From Malacoraja senta (lineage: Eukaryota), in the NCBI GenBank assembly GCA_038087875.1, contig CM075978.1, positions 39,804,001 through 39,868,000 of the forward strand: DNA of 64,000 nt, in the 5' to 3' direction. The notes beneath the pieces are model-generated. The model worked only from the letters and a program-made list of their open reading frames with translations. It had not been told where the DNA came from and did no database searches. A program made the position numbers and the translations under genes. Shown here piece after piece: positions 60,100-64,000 of the stretch. How positions within the stretch are numbered: position 1 is the stretch's first letter; each line of letters starts with the position of its first letter.

Positions 60100-60992
60100 A
60101 GATTCAGGGATAGTTTCTTCCCAGCTGTTATCAGGCACCTGAACCATCCTATCAACAACTAGAGAGCGGTCCTGACCTACTGTCTACCTCATTGGAGACC
60201 CTCAGACTATCATTGATCGGACTTTACTGGACTATATCTTGCATTAAACATTTTTGTTATTCCCTTTATCATGTCATAGAGTGATACAGTGTGGAAACAG
60301 ACCCTTCAGCCCAACTTGCCCACACCGGCCAACATGTCCCAGCTACATTAGTCCCACCTGCCTGCGCCTGGTCCATATCCCTCCAAACCTGTCCTATCCA
60401 TGTACCTGTCCAACTGCTTCTTAAATGATGGGAAAGTCCCAGCCTCAACTACCTCCTGTGGCAGCTTGTTCCATACACCCACCACCCTCTGTGTGAAAAG
60501 GCTATCCTACTAAATCTTTTCTCCTTCTCCTTCTCCTTGAACCTATGTCCTCAGGTCCTCGATTCCCCTACTCTGGGCAAGAGACTCTGTGCATCTACCT
60601 GATCTATTCCTCTCATGATTTTGTACACATCTATAAGATCACCCATCATCCTTCTGCGCTCGAAGGAATAGAGACCCAGCCTACTCAACCTCTCCCTACA
60701 GCTCACACCCTCTAGTCCTGGCAACATCCTCGTAAATCTTTTCTGAACCCTTTCAAGCTTGACAATATCTTTCCTATAACATGGTGCCCAGAACTGAACA
60801 CAATATTCTAAATGCGGTTTCACCAAAGTCTTATACAGCTGCAACATGACCTCCCAAGTTCTATACTCTGTATCTGTACACTGGGTGGTTCAATTGTAAT
60901 CATGTATTGTCCTTCCACTGACTGGTTAGCACGTAACAAATGCTATTCACTGTACCTCAGTACACGTCAATAAACTAAACTCAACTCAACTC
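60100..60992 (+). mobile_element. Rex1 3' fragment split by a CR1 insertion
   Basis: UTR resumes at TGTATCTGTACACTG; tail AATAAACTAAACTCAACTCAAC. Confidence 0.8.
60275..60868 (-). mobile_element. CR1 3' fragment
   Basis: ORF 60551-60847: LQLYKTLVKPHLEYCVQFWAP. Confidence 0.9.
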
Positions 60993-61014
60993 ACCTGTAG
61001 TGCCTTTTGTGATA

Positions 61015-62300
61015 GATGGGAGGCCATGTTACAGTTGTACAAGGCATTGGTGAGGCCACAAATGGAGGATTATGTTCACCGGGTGGCGCCACAGACAGTC
61101 TCTCTGTCCTTTCTTCTGTTTTGTTATTTTTAGTATGTGTTAAAAATATGTTTTAGTGTTCCTTGGTTTGTTTTGTGTGAGGGGGGTTGTGGAAACTTTT
61201 TTTCAATCTCATACTTTGACAGAGATGCGATTTATTTCTGTATCATATCTCCGTATGGCCTAACATCATGGAGTTGGCGGCCTTTCCTGGAGACCGACCC
61301 GGCGCTCCAACCCGTGGGAGTCTGCGGGACTTGAACATCGCGGAGCTTGCCGGATCCATTTTCCGGGGATCGAAGCTTCAACTGTGGGGCCTGTGGACTT
61401 TAACATCGTGAAGTCTCCCGTGAAGCCTCCCACTTCTCTGGTGAGAAGAGGCAGTGGAAGAGAGCTCCATGCCACGGAGAGAGTTTCAACCACCCCGACA
61501 GTGGCTTTGATCGGAGGCCCCGACTGCAGATGGTTTGACTGCCCCAATCGCGGGAAAACAAAGAGGTTGAACTTTATTGCCTTCCAATAAAGAGGAATGT
61601 GGAATCCACTGTGGTGAATGTTTATGTTAACTTTTATGTGGTTGTATGTCTTGTTGCTTTTCACTTAGTATGGCTGTATGGTAACTCAAATCTCACTGTA
61701 CCTTAACTGGTACATGTGACAATAAACTGACCTTGACCATGACCCTTGAGTTTTGATCACTCTGTTATAGGTAAGATGTTGCTAAGCTGGAAAGGGTGCA
61801 AAGATTTACGAGAATGTTTCCTGCATTCGCGGGCCTGGGCTATAGGGAGAGGTTGAACAGTCGAGGACTTTATTCCTGGGATCGCAGGAGGATGAGGTGA
61901 GATCTTATAGAGGTGTATAAGATCATGAGCGGGATAGATTGGGTAAATGCACAGTCATTTACCCAAAGTAGGGGGATCAAGAACCAGAGGACATAGATTT
62001 AAGTTGAGGGGGGAAAGATTTAATAGGGACCTGAGGGCAACTTATTTTTGCACAGAGGGTTCAAGAGTTCAAGAGACATTTATTATCTTGAATTTATTAG
62101 GGTGATAGGTATATGGAATGAGCTGCTGGAGGAGGTAGTTGAGGCAGGTACTATCACAACATTTAATAAAACATTTGGACAGGTTTTTGGTTAGGAAAGG
62201 TTTAGAGGGGTATGGGTCAAACACAGACAGGTGCAACAGTGCAGTTGGGACATGTTTGTCGGTTGGGCCAAAGGGCCTATTTCCAAATTATATGACTATG
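61015..62300 (+). mobile_element. CR1 3' fragment split at 61079-61749
   Basis: LYKALVRP..YVQ resumes as F*SLCYR..LERVQR..RGDLIEVYKIM. Confidence 0.8.
61079..61749 (+). mobile_element. Non-coding SINE-like insert with a Rex1-type tail
   Basis: Ends CACTGTACC..GGTACATGTGACAATAAA followed by (TTGACC)-like repeats; no recognisable ORF or tRNA head. Confidence 0.6.
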
Positions 62301-62654
62301 AATATCTCTTGTTTGCAATTTGTTCATAAATGCAGTCTGTGGGCCCAAATTCTCACAGTCACATCAGGAGTTTTGAAGACAACCTGATGGGAACAAGAAA
62401 GAAATCTTGGTAATCCTGAAATGCCGAAACCACAGGAACTTCCTTAAAAAAAAATCCTGGCACGTGCACAGAACAGATGGTTCAACAATTAGTGGAGCAC
62501 ATATAGGAGTTCCCAATTGGTGCCAAAGAAAAAGCTGTTGCTTTCCTTCAGAAATCTTTAAATAATTACTTGTTTCATTGTGAAGGAGATTAGCTGCTTC
62601 TCACAATGTTGTACATTCTCATCCAGTCCAGCCAAAACCAGACTGAGATGTTAA

Positions 62655-63460
62655 TGAGAAGTGACCTGGATCAGCTTCAGTTTGCCTATTACCACAACAG
62701 GTCAACAGCAGATGCTATCTTACTGGCTCGGACCTGGGCCTCTGTACCTCCCTTTGCAACTGGATTTGTCACTTCCTCATTGGCAATCCTCAATCAGTAC
62801 TGATCATTTCATATCTCGTCCGCACTGACCATCAATGCCGGTATACTTTACAGCTGTGTGCTTAGCCTCCCGCTTTACTCTCTTTTCACCCATGACTGTG
62901 TGCCTAAGCACAGCTACAATGTCACACATATATTTGATGACACCACCGGTGTAGTTGATTGGACCATGGATGGTGATGAATTCAGTGGTTCAATGGTTCC
63001 TTTATTCAAATGCACAGAAACATAAGAAGCTGCAGACAGTGAAGGGCTCAGCCCAGCACTGACCTCTCCAACGTCAGAGGGATCTATGGGAGGTGTAGCC
63101 TCCAAATAGGTAGTCATTTTATCTTAGACCCACTCCACCCTGGCCACATTCTGCCACTACCCTTGGGAAGAAGGTGCAGGAGCCTGAAAAGCTTGACCTC
63201 CAGCTTCAAGAACAGCTTAAAGACTGCACAACCCAAACCACCACCTCAGCAACAATGATCTTCTAAAGACTTTGTTTTGGATGCACTACAGACTTTGATT
63301 TTGCACCGCTATGATCTGGTTGCCAAGTATGACTGATTATTAATTTATTGTATTATTGATTATTGTATATTTATTTGTGTTATTGTGCTAAGGGGCCTGT
63401 TAAGCTGCAGCAAGTAAGAATGTCATCGTTCTATTGCGGGTACCTGTGACAATTAAACAC
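62655..63460 (+). mobile_element. Old Rex1/Babar fragment
   Basis: LQFAYYHNRSTADAI, CVLS..LYSLFTHDC, HPGH..LP.GRRCRS; tail like the one at 30440. Confidence 0.75.
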
Positions 63461-63647
63461 ACGTGACTGGCGACCCTTTATGAACACACCTTTCGTTTGT
63501 ACCCCAATATGGGCTTTTTAACCACATTATGGAAGGATGCTGTTGATTAGTGTTTTACTTGTTTCTGTTGACCTATCTCACTCATGGAGATTAGAGTTCC
63601 TTTACTTCTGAGGAATTGATGTATGTGGGACTTGTATATTGGTAACC

Positions 63648-63740
63648 GATGATCAGCCATGATCATATTGAATGGTGGTGCTGGCTCAAAGGGCCGAATG
63701 GCCTACTCCTGCACCTGTTGTCTATTGTCTATTGTCCATT
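63648..63740 (+). mobile_element. CR1 subfamily B, 3' UTR-only insert
   Basis: GATGATCAGCCATGATC..GGGCCGAATGGCCT..(TTGTCTA)n. Confidence 0.85.
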
Positions 63741-63964
63741 GTCAAATACTAGATGGCCCTTGTATGAGAGTAGACACAGTGTAGCATTTTCATGTATTCC
63801 TTTGTTATTCTTTAATGGACATTTTAGAGGGTCAAGAATTATTTTTAAAAAAGGAACATAGCTATTTTCACATCACTGCAAACTTTAACCTTGACAAGCT
63901 CGGGCTCCTATTTAAATGTCTTCCTATGTAGTATGCAAACCATATATTCAAATGTGGACTCGAG

Positions 63965-64000
63965 ATGGTGGTGTACAAGAAAAGACACAGAGTGCTGGAG
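63965..64000 (-). mobile_element. PLE tail fragment at the window edge
   Basis: AAAGACACAGAGTGCTGGAG matches the PLE arm at 43105-43124. Confidence 0.6.

Overview
Eukaryotic, AT-rich genomic DNA saturated with repeats. The repeat set (HE1/V-SINE-type tRNA SINEs with partner CR1/HER1-type LINEs, Rex1/Babar, Penelope-like elements, L1, RTE) points to a cartilaginous fish, most likely a skate or ray; this is inference. I could not support any host protein-coding exon: every recognisable ORF is a retroelement fragment or its antisense shadow, so the window reads as intronic or intergenic, with two assembly gaps. Main observations: (1) at least 15 short Penelope-derived inserts carry a minimal hammerhead ribozyme core (CUGAAGA-A-stem II-GAAACGU[C/U]) whose stem III is a loopless palindrome. 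These include a young ~95-bp unit with 7-15 bp target-site duplications (TSDs) and head-to-head pairs under one TSD. (2) A diverged local duplication of a ~430-bp non-repeat, enhancer-like segment (13.76 kb and 17.5 kb). (3) Three Harbinger-like MITEs, two of them abutting, share a subterminal palindrome. (4) Several nested retroelement insertions with readable junctions. Boundaries of old repeats are approximate (±20 bp) and family names come from recognised motifs, not database searches.
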